NCBI GenBank assembly: GCA_037441705.1
Contig: JBBIRR010000001.1
Span: 32,001 to 96,000 of the forward strand
Length of the DNA stretch: 64,000 nucleotides
Origin: Ignavibacteriales bacterium
GTDB taxonomy: Bacteria; Bacteroidota; Ignavibacteria; UBA10030; UBA6906
Reading direction: 5' to 3'
Positions within the stretch are counted from its first letter, which is position 1. Every line of letters begins with the position of its first letter. Both the position numbers and the translations under genes were made by a program. The notes beneath the pieces were generated by a model, which had not been told where the DNA came from, searched no databases, and saw only the letters and a program-made list of their open reading frames with translations. Shown piece by piece: positions 30,628-39,828 of this stretch.

Positions 30628-31203
30628 TCAGAACAACCAATGGAAAATCTTTGTGAGCCAGCCCGGCTCCTGCACCTTCGAGATGCTGCCTTCGCCCTGT
30701 ATCACGATCGTCGCGTCTGCGATGTTGAATGAGTAAACCGAGTTATCCGCCATGATATCCGACGGGCGAACGAACCCGGAAAGAAGAATCTTCTGCTCCT
30801 CGCCGTTGATCGTGATGGAGCGGCTGCCGCTGATGGCGAGATTGCCGTTCGCGAGAACGGAATCCACGTGCGCGCTGATTTTTGCCCGCACCGAGCCGCG
30901 GTTCGACGTCGTGCCCTCGCCGTTGAATTTGTTGCCGGTCCCGATGCCGGCGCCGACCGTTTTGTTCGTGCCTCCGCTGATCGAGACATCGCCTGAGAGC
31001 GAAAGATCGCTGCCCCGCGCAGTTGCCGTCTTCGCGTCGTTCACCGCGCTGGAGTTTTCGACTATGAGAACAGTGACCGCATCGCCGACACGGTTAGCTT
31101 TTTGGTCGGCAAAGAGTGAACGACTGAGATTGCTGCGCATATCCTGCGCTGCCAGCGTCCCCGCAGAGAGCAATGCCACACTCATCATCATGAACGCTTT
31201 CAT
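30628..31203 (-). CDS. flgH: Flagellar L-ring protein
   Basis: SLFADQKANRVGDAVTV, VLANGNL, GFVRPSDI, PGWLTKIF. Confidence 0.93.
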   Translation of the reverse strand: MKAFMMMSVALLSAGTLAAQDMRSNLSRSLFADQKANRVGDAVTVLIVENSSAVNDAKTATARGSDLSLSGDVSISGGTNKTVGAGIGTGNKFNGEGTTSNRGSVRAKISAHVDSVLANGNLAISGSRSITINGEEQKILLSGFVRPSDIMADNSVYSFNIADATIVIQGEGSISKVQEPGWLTKIFHWLF

Positions 31204-31212
31204 ACTGCACCT

Positions 31213-31911
31213 CTACTGTTCGTTGGTTAATTCGACTGTTTCTGCGTCGACGACGCGAGCCGAGAACACCTCATGAGAACCAAGCTTCTGCACCCGAATA
31301 CGATCGCCAGCAAGTCCATCCTCGCGCACAATGGCAGCTGTTCGGACAAGCACCGCACCCATCTTCACCACGAGCGTCACAACACTCCCCTGGCGGATCA
31401 GCGGCTGGCTCTCAAACATGCTTTGGCGCAGAACCGCTCCGCGACGAATGAACTGCCTGGTCCGTTTCCCTTGTAACTGTTCGGGTGAGGTCAGCACGTC
31501 CGGCGGCAGGGTTGTTGTCTCACGCTGTTCGATCACCACCGGGATGGCCGACCCCTGCTGATGCTTGCCCATCGTCTCTGCAGCGACCAGAACCTGACCG
31601 AACGTCCGCACGCGGAGCGAGACGAGGAAGGTGTGCACGACGCGGCCCGCATGCACCACTTCCACCGGAAGAATGACGTTGCCCTGAAGATCGGGCACCG
31701 ACTCGGTTGCCACATGCAGTCGCGCATCCTTCGGGATATTGAGGATCCTATTAGGAACGCTGCGAAACTCCACGCGCACTTCCTGCGAGGATGAGCCAAG
31801 GCGACTCTGCACGTATTGCTGGACAACACTCTTGATCTCGTCTTCCTCGACGCTGCGCGTGGCGTCGCCTGCACCGAATGCGAGAAGCCCGATAAGCATC
31901 CACGTCGTCAC
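31213..31911 (-). CDS. flgA: P-ring assembly chaperone FlgA
   Basis: SAF-like domain, LIRQGSVV, EDGLAGDRIRV; position between flgG and flgH. Confidence 0.88.
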   Translation of the reverse strand: MTTWMLIGLLAFGAGDATRSVEEDEIKSVVQQYVQSRLGSSSQEVRVEFRSVPNRILNIPKDARLHVATESVPDLQGNVILPVEVVHAGRVVHTFLVSLRVRTFGQVLVAAETMGKHQQGSAIPVVIEQRETTTLPPDVLTSPEQLQGKRTRQFIRRGAVLRQSMFESQPLIRQGSVVTLVVKMGAVLVRTAAIVREDGLAGDRIRVQKLGSHEVFSARVVDAETVELTNEQ

Positions 31912-31922
31912 CGCCGGTCTCC

Positions 31923-32714
31923 TTATCCACGCTTGAGGTTGTTTGCCATCTGCAGCATGTCTTCGACCGTCTTGATGGTTTTGGAGTTGATTTCGTACGC
32001 CCGTTGTGCGACGATCATGCTCACCATTTCTTCGACCACATCCACGTTGGACGCTTCGAGATAGCCCTGGTGAATCTCCCCGAACCCCTCGGAGCCTGCT
32101 GCACCAACCAGCGGCGGACCGCTTGCGGGCGTTTCCACGAACAGATTGTTCCCGATGGCCTTGAGACCGGCAACGTTGACGAACTTTGCCAGTTCGATCT
32201 GCGCAACCCGTATTGGCGCATCACCTGTTTTTTCGATCACTTCGATGACCCCTTCGCGGCTGATGGAGAGAGATTGCGCGTCGCCGCTAATGGAGACACC
32301 GGGTTCGATAACGTATCCCTGCGACGTCACCAGCGTCCCGTCTCCCGAGAGCTTGAAGGCACCGTCACGGGTATAGGCAAGTGTTCCATCAGGCCGGCGC
32401 ACCTGAAAGAAACCGTCTCCGTTGATGGCAAGATCAAACGGATTCGACGTTGCCTGCAGGTCGCCCTGCAGGAAGCTTTTCTGCGTGGCCGTCGGCGCGG
32501 TTCCCGTTCCGATTTGAATCTCATTCGTTTCGCGCGTCGTGCCGGAGGCGGGCGCGCCACCGGCCTTCAGCGTCTGATACATGAGATCCTGAAACTCCGC
32601 TCTCGATTTCTTGAAGCCCGTCGTGTTCACGTTGGCGAGGTTGTGCGCAATCGTGTCCACATTCAGTTGCTGTGCGGCCATGCCCGCCGCCGCTGTTCGT
32701 AGTGCTCTGTTCAT
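31923..32714 (-). CDS. flgG: Distal rod protein FlgG
   Basis: AHNLANVNTTGFKKSRAEFQDLMYQ, LEASNVDVVEEMVSMIVAQRAYEINSK. Confidence 0.96.
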   Translation of the reverse strand: MNRALRTAAAGMAAQQLNVDTIAHNLANVNTTGFKKSRAEFQDLMYQTLKAGGAPASGTTRETNEIQIGTGTAPTATQKSFLQGDLQATSNPFDLAINGDGFFQVRRPDGTLAYTRDGAFKLSGDGTLVTSQGYVIEPGVSISGDAQSLSISREGVIEVIEKTGDAPIRVAQIELAKFVNVAGLKAIGNNLFVETPASGPPLVGAAGSEGFGEIHQGYLEASNVDVVEEMVSMIVAQRAYEINSKTIKTVEDMLQMANNLKRG

Positions 32715-32729
32715 GTGTGTCCCTCCCTT

Positions 32730-33470
32730 TTAAAACTTGCCTGCCTCGAGAATTTTATCCAGCGTTGCGTCCTGCGATGCAATGGCCTTCTGGTTCGACT
32801 CGAAGTGTCGCGTTATTTCAATCATTTCAATCATCTCGGCGATGCCATCTACATTGGATTCCTCCAGAAAGCCCTGTCGCACCGTCGGCTCCTGCACTTC
32901 TTTCAACCCCGGATCATCCTCCGGATCAATGCTGAACAACGATCCGCCCGCTTTCTTCAGCCGCTGAGGCTGCTCGAACTCCACAATCCGCAGCGTTCCG
33001 ATGACATTCTTCCCAACCGTAATCTCGCCGGTGGGTGTTACGGCAACTGCTTCGTGCGTTAGTTTCTGGAGATCGGGAAACTTGATGCTGCCTTCCGCTC
33101 CGATCACGGGATACCCCTCGCGGGTGGCCAGAGTGCCATCAAGCGTGATCGAGAAACTCCCATTGCGCGTGTAGCGAAGACCCTGCGGGGTTTGCACAAC
33201 AAAGAATCCGGAACCCTGCAGCGCAAGATCGAGCGGATTGTTGGTTTGGACTAACGCGCCTTCAGCAAAGTCGGTCACGCGTTGAACACGCACGCGCGAG
33301 GAAATCTCTCCGGCCCCCGATGCGACGCCCTGATCGTTCATCATCTGGATGAAGAGCGCATCCTTCTTGAACCCGTTCGTGTTGATATTGGCAAGATTGT
33401 TGGCAATCATTTCCATTCGCACCTGCATGGGCGGCATCCCGCTGCTGGAGCTATACAATCCCTTGATCAT
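32730..33470 (-). CDS. flgF: Proximal rod protein FlgF
   Basis: ANNLANINTNGFK, YTRNGSF, QGFLEESNV; precedes flgG. Confidence 0.9.
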   Translation of the reverse strand: MIKGLYSSSSGMPPMQVRMEMIANNLANINTNGFKKDALFIQMMNDQGVASGAGEISSRVRVQRVTDFAEGALVQTNNPLDLALQGSGFFVVQTPQGLRYTRNGSFSITLDGTLATREGYPVIGAEGSIKFPDLQKLTHEAVAVTPTGEITVGKNVIGTLRIVEFEQPQRLKKAGGSLFSIDPEDDPGLKEVQEPTVRQGFLEESNVDGIAEMIEMIEITRHFESNQKAIASQDATLDKILEAGKF

Positions 33471-34144
33471 CGTGTCTCCTTTCGTTGTTGTGCCTGCATT
33501 GACTGCAGTATGTGCAGAAGCCTGAGTTCTCCGGTTCCCACGCCGAGGTTCTTCGCCGAAGCGGCGGTGCTTTCCCCGGCAAGCAGGGGATTGTCCTTAC
33601 GAATTCTCTGCTGCCACGGATACTCGGCGGCGCTCGTTTGCAGTTTTTGTGCAAGTGCCAGTTCTCCTTTTCCTCTCCCAAACGTTCGTGCAAGCGCCAG
33701 CCCGGTATCGAGGGGTTGCGATCGCTGGGCTGCATGCAGTGTACGCTGCGCTTTCTTTTCATGAATGATCAACTGCGCTTGCCGCAGCAGTGCATCCACC
33801 GGGTTCTCGCCTGGCGGCTTCGGCTGCACGGCCGGTGTCACGGGCGGTACGACAGAACTGCCCTTCGGACGCGGCTTGCGTACGACGATCCACAACACAG
33901 CAATTGCCCCGAGAAGAATAGCCATGAGGAATGCCATCGGAAGCAGCGGGTTGGCGGTTTCCGGCCGCATGCTCGGCTGGATTGGAACGGCGCGCTGAGC
34001 GTTCTTTGCCATCTCTATTTGTTGGCGAGCTAAGGCTCGCACATCCACCACCGGCCGCGTCGTGTCGTTCGATGCATGCAGCTGTTGCGCCGCGATATCA
34101 ATTCCCGTCAGCGCCAGGATAAGTAAGAGGACCGAGAGTCTCAT
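33467..34144 (-). CDS. Hypothetical membrane protein (signal peptide, one TM, duplicated C-terminal HTH-like motif; SwrB/DUF6115-like)
   Basis: Hydrophobic N-terminus, TM LLPMAFLMAILLGAIAVLWIVV, motifs LARTFGRGKGELALA and AKNLGVGTGELRLL; overlaps both neighbours by 4 nt. Confidence 0.7.
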   Translation of the reverse strand: MRLSVLLLILALTGIDIAAQQLHASNDTTRPVVDVRALARQQIEMAKNAQRAVPIQPSMRPETANPLLPMAFLMAILLGAIAVLWIVVRKPRPKGSSVVPPVTPAVQPKPPGENPVDALLRQAQLIIHEKKAQRTLHAAQRSQPLDTGLALARTFGRGKGELALAQKLQTSAAEYPWQQRIRKDNPLLAGESTAASAKNLGVGTGELRLLHILQSMQAQQRKETR

Positions 34145-35523
34145 CGCAACAACCTCCTGCGCGTTGGAAGAAAGATGCTGAAAGTTGTGCCCTTCCCTTC
34201 TTCGCTTTCCACTTTGATTTCTCCTTTGTGCTCGCTGATGATCTTGCGGCAGATCGAAAGACCGAGTCCCGTTCCCTTTCCTTCCCCCTTCGTCGTGAAG
34301 AACGGCATAAAGATCTTGTCGAGATGGTCCTTGCGTATGCCCGTTCCGGTGTCGGAGAACTTCACCACCACATAGAAGCCCGATGATTCGGTCGCGATAG
34401 TGATGGTTCCGCCGTTGGGCATCGCGTCGCGGGCGTTGATCAGAAGATTCAGAAAGACCTGCTGCAGCGCCCCGGGGTTCGCTACCACAGGCGGCAAATT
34501 GTTCTGGAGTGCCAGCACAATGTCAATCTTGTTGATGCGGTACTCGTGCTGAATGATCGCCACCGTCTCTTCAATCGGCTGATCGACGTGGATCTCCTCC
34601 ATGCGCGGTTCCTCCGCTACATTGCGTGAGAAGTTCATCAGACGGCGGGTGATTTCCGAGAGACGTTTCACCTGCAGCGCCACCATTTCGATCCAGTTGG
34701 GCAGAGGCTTACCTCGCTGGACCATCTCCATATGCATCACCATCACCTGGATCGGATTCTTGATCTCATGAACAATGCTTGCCGCCAGCTCGCCGATTGC
34801 GGCAAGCTTTGTGGCATGCATGGTTTGCGCCTGCGACGATTTCAGTTCCTTGTTCAGCGCCACGACTCGTTCGTAGCTCCGCCAGTTCTCGACGCCGATG
34901 GCCGCCTGGTTGGCCAGAACGGTCAGCAGCTGGATGTCATGATTGGCGATATCTTCGTGGGACTTCGAGGAGCGGATCATGTACATGCCGATGGCTTCGT
35001 TGCGAATGATCAGCGGAACGATGACGATGATGGCCTTCGTGCCGTCCCTGCCCATGGACTCAAGGTCCGGGAAGATCACCGTGCGCTGCTCGGCAATGAC
35101 CCAGTCGACGATGCCCGCTTCAACATGTTTCTGGGCTTCCGCGAGGAATGCCGGGGAACCTTTCTGCGACAGCGGGACGAGCCTGCGCGCTTCACCTTCG
35201 AAGAGGAACACGTTCGATTCGATGACGGGCAGGACCTGCCTGGTCAGATGAATCAGTGTGCCGACGATCGTCTCGGGTTCTCGCGCCGTGCTGATACTGT
35301 TGGACAGTTGCTGCATTGCCATCAGCTCGCTGATCGAGTCCCGAATGGCACGGGTATTTTCTGTCGCCTGCAGGTTCGTCCGCTTCAGCACCGCGATGGT
35401 TTCCTCCAGCGCCTTGATGTATTGCTCGCGGCTTTCCATAAACGACTCGAACTGCGGCGCCATCGCATCCAGCAGCTGCATGCGATTCAATCGGATCCGT
35501 GTTTGTTGACCTGCAGAGCGCAT
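34141..35523 (-). CDS. Cytoplasmic GAF-domain histidine kinase (NtrB-like)
   Basis: Coiled coil, GAF (VPLIIRNEAIG..LANQAAIGVEN), HEIKNP, NLLINARDAM, DTGTG, PFFTTK, GTGLGL; start chosen after the HDOD stop. Confidence 0.9.
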   Translation of the reverse strand: MRSAGQQTRIRLNRMQLLDAMAPQFESFMESREQYIKALEETIAVLKRTNLQATENTRAIRDSISELMAMQQLSNSISTAREPETIVGTLIHLTRQVLPVIESNVFLFEGEARRLVPLSQKGSPAFLAEAQKHVEAGIVDWVIAEQRTVIFPDLESMGRDGTKAIIVIVPLIIRNEAIGMYMIRSSKSHEDIANHDIQLLTVLANQAAIGVENWRSYERVVALNKELKSSQAQTMHATKLAAIGELAASIVHEIKNPIQVMVMHMEMVQRGKPLPNWIEMVALQVKRLSEITRRLMNFSRNVAEEPRMEEIHVDQPIEETVAIIQHEYRINKIDIVLALQNNLPPVVANPGALQQVFLNLLINARDAMPNGGTITIATESSGFYVVVKFSDTGTGIRKDHLDKIFMPFFTTKGEGKGTGLGLSICRKIISEHKGEIKVESEEGKGTTFSIFLPTRRRLLR

Positions 35524-35527
35524 GACG

Positions 35528-36403
35528 CTATTCCTTTGTTGCGCTGAAGATGGAATCAATCTGCCGGAGATCGGACTCGATGATCGAGCGATAGGTGGTG
35601 ATGTACTGCTCGAGCACGAGGGGATCTTCCAGACCGAGCCGCACCAACACATCATGCTGGAAGTCCAACCCTTGATCGAAGGGCACCACACGGGTGTGGA
35701 GCCGATTGGCCAGCACATCGGCGCAGTGGATAATGCTGACAAGGTCGGGATTCTCCTTCGCCGAGAGCGGCGTGTGATGGGCCGCTATTGCCTCCACAAG
35801 CTGGTTGGGGAAATTCCACCGCTCTGCCAGCCATCCGCCGATCTCGGCGTGCGTCACGCCTAAGACGCGCTGTTCTGCTTCGAGAAACGGCACGCCCGAT
35901 TCTTCCACTTCTTCAACAATCTGCTCATACTCATCGTGAAAATGCTGGTGCAGCACCGAGATACCCATATCATGCAGCAATCCGCCCACGAACACTTCGC
36001 CGCTGACCCGATACCCGAGATCACGCGCCAGGCGGCGCGCAATGACAGCACTGAAGATGGCATGATCCCAGAAGCCGCGCGTATCGAACGAGGCATCGTG
36101 CTTCTTGTGCAGCGCGCTCACCAGCGAAATGCTGATGATGATCTCCTTCAACGCGTCGAAGCCAAGAACGATGATGGCGAAATCCACGGTCGAGATCTGG
36201 CGTGGGAACCCGTAAAAGGCCGAGTTGGCGATCTTCAACACCTTGCTCGTCAAGCCCTGATCGGTCTCAATGACCTTCCCCAGGCGCGACGCCGACGTGC
36301 GCGGGTTATCCACCAGCTCGATAACTTCCTGCGCCACCGCGGGAAGCGCAGGCAGATGTATGATACTCTGAACCTTGTCCCGTATGAATCTCGGCGAGAG
36401 CAT
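35528..36403 (-). CDS. HDOD domain protein
   Basis: LPALP, DQGLTSKVLKIANSAFYG, FWDH, GLLHDMG, HAEIGGWLAERWNFP. Confidence 0.92.
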   Translation of the reverse strand: MLSPRFIRDKVQSIIHLPALPAVAQEVIELVDNPRTSASRLGKVIETDQGLTSKVLKIANSAFYGFPRQISTVDFAIIVLGFDALKEIIISISLVSALHKKHDASFDTRGFWDHAIFSAVIARRLARDLGYRVSGEVFVGGLLHDMGISVLHQHFHDEYEQIVEEVEESGVPFLEAEQRVLGVTHAEIGGWLAERWNFPNQLVEAIAAHHTPLSAKENPDLVSIIHCADVLANRLHTRVVPFDQGLDFQHDVLVRLGLEDPLVLEQYITTYRSIIESDLRQIDSIFSATKE

Positions 36404-36691
36404 TCAATCCTCAAACCTGAAGAGATGAATCTTTGATTGCAATTTGTTCAAAGCCTCCGTGTGTAACACCATAGCGTCCCACTCGCTGATTCCCATCAGG
36501 AATCCGATTTCGGCAAAGGACAGTCCCTCATAGTAGTGCAGCGCGAGAAGCAGCTTTTCATTCTCCGGCAGGTTTTCCACCTGATCGAAGAGGCTTGCTT
36601 TCGGCTCGATGTATTCCTTCCACACTTCCTCCGGCATCAACAAGATCGGGTTGACATGCCTGTCGTTGCCCTGCAGATGTCTCATGGCCAT
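36404..36691 (-). CDS. Small stand-alone sigma-70 region-4-like protein (FliA C-terminal paralog)
   Basis: LPENEKLLLALHYYEGLSFAEIGFLMGISE aligns by eye with FliA LPPQDRLVISLYYYEELTFKEIANIMHLSE; GAGGG near the start; abuts the HDOD start. Confidence 0.78.
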   Translation of the reverse strand: MAMRHLQGNDRHVNPILLMPEEVWKEYIEPKASLFDQVENLPENEKLLLALHYYEGLSFAEIGFLMGISEWDAMVLHTEALNKLQSKIHLFRFED

Positions 36692-36740
36692 CCCTCTGTT
36701 GACAAATGCATGAAGCGTTCGGAACCTGCTCGCACACCCT

Positions 36741-37505
36741 CTACACCAATTCGCTTACCGTCTCACGCAATCGCTCGAGAATCGCCGCGTGCCGCTGAAA
36801 CACGCGTGACTCCGAGAGATGCATGATGTTGGCGATTTCCTTGAACGTCAATTCCTCATAGTAATACAGCGAAATCACAAGCCTGTCCTGCGGAGGCAGG
36901 CTTTCGATAATCCTCACCAACATTTCCTTCATCTGTTCGTCGGCAACGCGCTGCGCCGGGTCGGTATCCTCGTCTGCGGCGATGCTGTCAAGCACATCCT
37001 CGCCATGATCGCTTGACCCGATCACCTCCGGCACGCCGAGCTGGACGTCCTGCATCATGGTCATGTACTCGTCGAGCGACATGGCAAGAGCGCGCGCGAG
37101 CTTTTTGGCCGACGCGCTCAGAAGCTCGCCGCATTCGATCTTCTGCGTGGCACGATCAAGCGTCCGCATCTTCTCTCGAACCGAGCGGGGGACCCAATCG
37201 AGCTTGCGCAGCTCGTCCTGCACCGTTCCGCGGATGCGCGTGATGGCGTAGGTTTCGAACTTGACGCCGCGAGCAGGATCAAACCGGTCGATGGAATCCA
37301 ACAGCCCGATCATGCCAAGCTGGAGAAGATCGTTCTCGTCGATGATGGACGGCGCCTGACGCGCATTGCTGCGAAACTTGCTCACCACAAACCGCACCAG
37401 TCCGATGTACTCGTTCACCAACGCGCGCCGCGCGTCGGCGGATTTCGTTTGCAGGTAGTTCCGCCACAGGGTCTCGTGTGTGCGATCTGGAGATGCTGTC
37501 TGCAT
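36741..37505 (-). CDS. fliA: Flagellar sigma factor sigma28
   Basis: GMIGLLDSIDRFDPARGVKFETYAITRIRG..DELRKLDWVPRSVR; YYEELTFKEIA..SESRVFQRH. Confidence 0.95.
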   Translation of the reverse strand: MQTASPDRTHETLWRNYLQTKSADARRALVNEYIGLVRFVVSKFRSNARQAPSIIDENDLLQLGMIGLLDSIDRFDPARGVKFETYAITRIRGTVQDELRKLDWVPRSVREKMRTLDRATQKIECGELLSASAKKLARALAMSLDEYMTMMQDVQLGVPEVIGSSDHGEDVLDSIAADEDTDPAQRVADEQMKEMLVRIIESLPPQDRLVISLYYYEELTFKEIANIMHLSESRVFQRHAAILERLRETVSELV

Positions 37506-37518
37506 GATCTTCCGTTGC

Positions 37519-37764
37519 CTATTGATGTCGTTGCGCGGCAGCTGATGCCTGGGCTTCGTCGCGCTCCTGCATCAGTTGTCGCCGCCTGTTGCTTTCGAGC
37601 ATCGTTCCCCCGATCATCACCACCATAACGATGGCCAGCACGATGCCGACAAACACCAGGAAAGCACTGCTGATGATGTCCAGCAAACCGGCGTTGCCTG
37701 TTCCGAACACGACCGCCGAAACGCAGAACCCCAAAATGCCGAGTTGATAGATCAACTTATTCAT
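37519..37764 (-). CDS. Small two-TM hypothetical membrane protein
   Basis: MNKLIYQLGILGFCVSAVVFG..FLVFVGIVLAIVMVVMIGG; ATGA overlap with the flhG stop. Confidence 0.65.
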   Translation of the reverse strand: MNKLIYQLGILGFCVSAVVFGTGNAGLLDIISSAFLVFVGIVLAIVMVVMIGGTMLESNRRRQLMQERDEAQASAAAQRHQ

Positions 37765-38600
37765 GCCGTTGCGAATCTCCTTCTCTGCGTGTGCTTGCTT
37801 TGATCGAGAAGCGTTTCGGCGAGAGCGGCAAGCGCGCGCGACGCGCTGCACAACGGGAATTCATTCACCACCGGGCTTTGGCGCGCGACAGCCTTCTCCA
37901 CATGCAGGTCATGCGGAACATATCCGAGAAAGTGAACATGCCGTTGCAGAAAATGCCGCACGGCCATCTGGAGTTTGCGAGCCGTCTCCTCTGCCTCCCC
38001 GGGCGTGCGTGCCTCGTTGACCAGGAGTTTCACGGGCACCATCGGATCGGCGGCCGTAATGAGTTTGATCATGGCATAAGCATCCATGACCGACGTCGGT
38101 TCGGGCGTCGTCACCACAAGCGCCTCGTGTGAACGCACGGCAAATCCGATTTCGATGCTGCCGATGCCGGCAGCCGTGTCGATCACGACGTACTCGAATT
38201 GTTGCTCAAGATCGGAGAGCGAATGCAACAAGTCTTTTTGCTGTTCGATGGTCATAGGACGAACGTCCGGATTGCCGGAGTCGGCAGGAAGCAGAAAGAG
38301 TCGGTGCGTTAACGGAACGATCACCTCGCTGATATCCTTCTCTCCCGCCAGAACGTTGCCGAGCCGAAACTTGGGTGCCGCACCAACCATTACATCCACA
38401 TTGCCGAGGTTCTGGTCGGCATCGAGCAGGAGCGTATTGCTGCCGCGCGCGGCAAGCAGCACGGCAAGGTTCAGCGCGACGATGCTTTTGCCAACCCCGC
38501 CTTTACCGCTCACGACGGCGATCATGTGCGGACGCGAACGTGCGGGCTGTGTCCCGAATCGATCGGCTATTTCCCGCAAGCGAGAGGCTTGATCAAGCAT
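37761..38600 (-). CDS. flhG: MinD-like flagellar ATPase FlhG/FleN
   Basis: DQASRLR N-terminal motif, SGKGGVGKS, DTAAG, TTPEPTSVMDAYA. Confidence 0.94.
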   Translation of the reverse strand: MLDQASRLREIADRFGTQPARSRPHMIAVVSGKGGVGKSIVALNLAVLLAARGSNTLLLDADQNLGNVDVMVGAAPKFRLGNVLAGEKDISEVIVPLTHRLFLLPADSGNPDVRPMTIEQQKDLLHSLSDLEQQFEYVVIDTAAGIGSIEIGFAVRSHEALVVTTPEPTSVMDAYAMIKLITAADPMVPVKLLVNEARTPGEAEETARKLQMAVRHFLQRHVHFLGYVPHDLHVEKAVARQSPVVNEFPLCSASRALAALAETLLDQSKHTQRRRFATA

Positions 38601-39828
38601 TCGTCATCCCTCCTGTAAACACCATGCCGGCAAGCTGCATATTGTTTGCCAAGACTATATCTTCGGGAACATTCTGTCCCATCGTCAGGTAGGAGATTGG
38701 TAACCCCGACTGGTGCACAACATTCACCAGGTGTCCATAAACAACCGCCTCGTCGAGCTTCGAGAAGATGATTCGATTGGGACCTGCGGCTCTGAAGTTC
38801 TCTACCGTTTCGTTGATGACACGATGGTCGGCGGAAGCACTTATGACGAGATGCACCTCCGCAGGGTTTGCCGCACTGACGAGGTCGGCAATCTCCTTCA
38901 CATCCTTCGCCACGCGCTGACTCCGCCCGACGGTATCAATGAACACGACATCGCGCTCGCCTAACCGGGCAAGCGCCGTTCGCATCTCGGAGGGTTCGTA
39001 GACGACCTGCATGGGGATGTTGGCGATGGCAGCAAACGTACGCAACTGTTCAATGGCCCCGATGCGATACGTGTCCGCAGAGATCAATCCGACATTCTTC
39101 CCCTTCATCAGCTTTTGAATCGCTGCAAGCTTGGCGATGGTTGTCGTCTTGCCGACGCCGGTCGGTCCGATGAGCGCCACGACCTTCGGTTTGTGCGCCG
39201 TCTCCGATTCGGGAGCGGTTGCAACCACCGAGGCAATCTCCTTCACCACCGATTGTTCGACGAGATGCTTGTTCTCGAGCAAATCCTCTCCCAGACGCCT
39301 GTACACCTTCTGCGTCAGCTCGGCGGCAAGCTGTTCGTCAACGCCGTGCGCAACGAGCGTAACATACGCGTTCTTGAGATGCTCAGGCAATGCCGGCATG
39401 CGTGCATGCTTCAGGTGGACGGCAACCTCCTGCATCATCGAGCGCAGGCTCTCCACCTCATCACGCAGTTCACGATATGGCGCCGTGTTCAACACCGAGG
39501 TTGTTTCGGTGCCGAGCTTTTTCGCCGCGCGCTCTTCAAAATGCCGCGCCATGTGCTGGAGACTTTCAAGCGTACTCTCTGCGGCGGCGACTGCCGTCGA
39601 ACGCTTTGCGTCAGCCAGGGCTCCCTCAAACGCCGGCGAGGATCGTGCAGGCAAGACCTGATCGTCAATCGCCGCCGTGATTTCGAACTCTTCTTTTCCC
39701 AGAAAGTTCAACACACCACCGCGCGCAACTTTGCGTGTGCTGAGAATGATCGCATCGGCACCCAGTTCGCTTTTCATCATGTCCGTTGCCTCTTTCAGCG
39801 TTGCGCCGGTGAACTTCTTAATGCGCAT
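38593..39828 (-). CDS. flhF: SRP-type GTPase FlhF
   Basis: ELGADAIILS, GPTGVGKTTTIAKLAA, DTYRIGAIEQL, DTVGRS, SKLDE, GQNVPEDI. Confidence 0.95.
   Translation of the reverse strand: MRIKKFTGATLKEATDMMKSELGADAIILSTRKVARGGVLNFLGKEEFEITAAIDDQVLPARSSPAFEGALADAKRSTAVAAAESTLESLQHMARHFEERAAKKLGTETTSVLNTAPYRELRDEVESLRSMMQEVAVHLKHARMPALPEHLKNAYVTLVAHGVDEQLAAELTQKVYRRLGEDLLENKHLVEQSVVKEIASVVATAPESETAHKPKVVALIGPTGVGKTTTIAKLAAIQKLMKGKNVGLISADTYRIGAIEQLRTFAAIANIPMQVVYEPSEMRTALARLGERDVVFIDTVGRSQRVAKDVKEIADLVSAANPAEVHLVISASADHRVINETVENFRAAGPNRIIFSKLDEAVVYGHLVNVVHQSGLPISYLTMGQNVPEDIVLANNMQLAGMVFTGGMTNA

Noticed and set aside
35524-35742. N-terminal extension of the GAF kinase ORF overlapping HDOD (similar extensions on flgB, ruvC, mpg and the 59185 regulator)
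   Set aside because: Longest-ORF artefacts; downstream starts give clean operon junctions.
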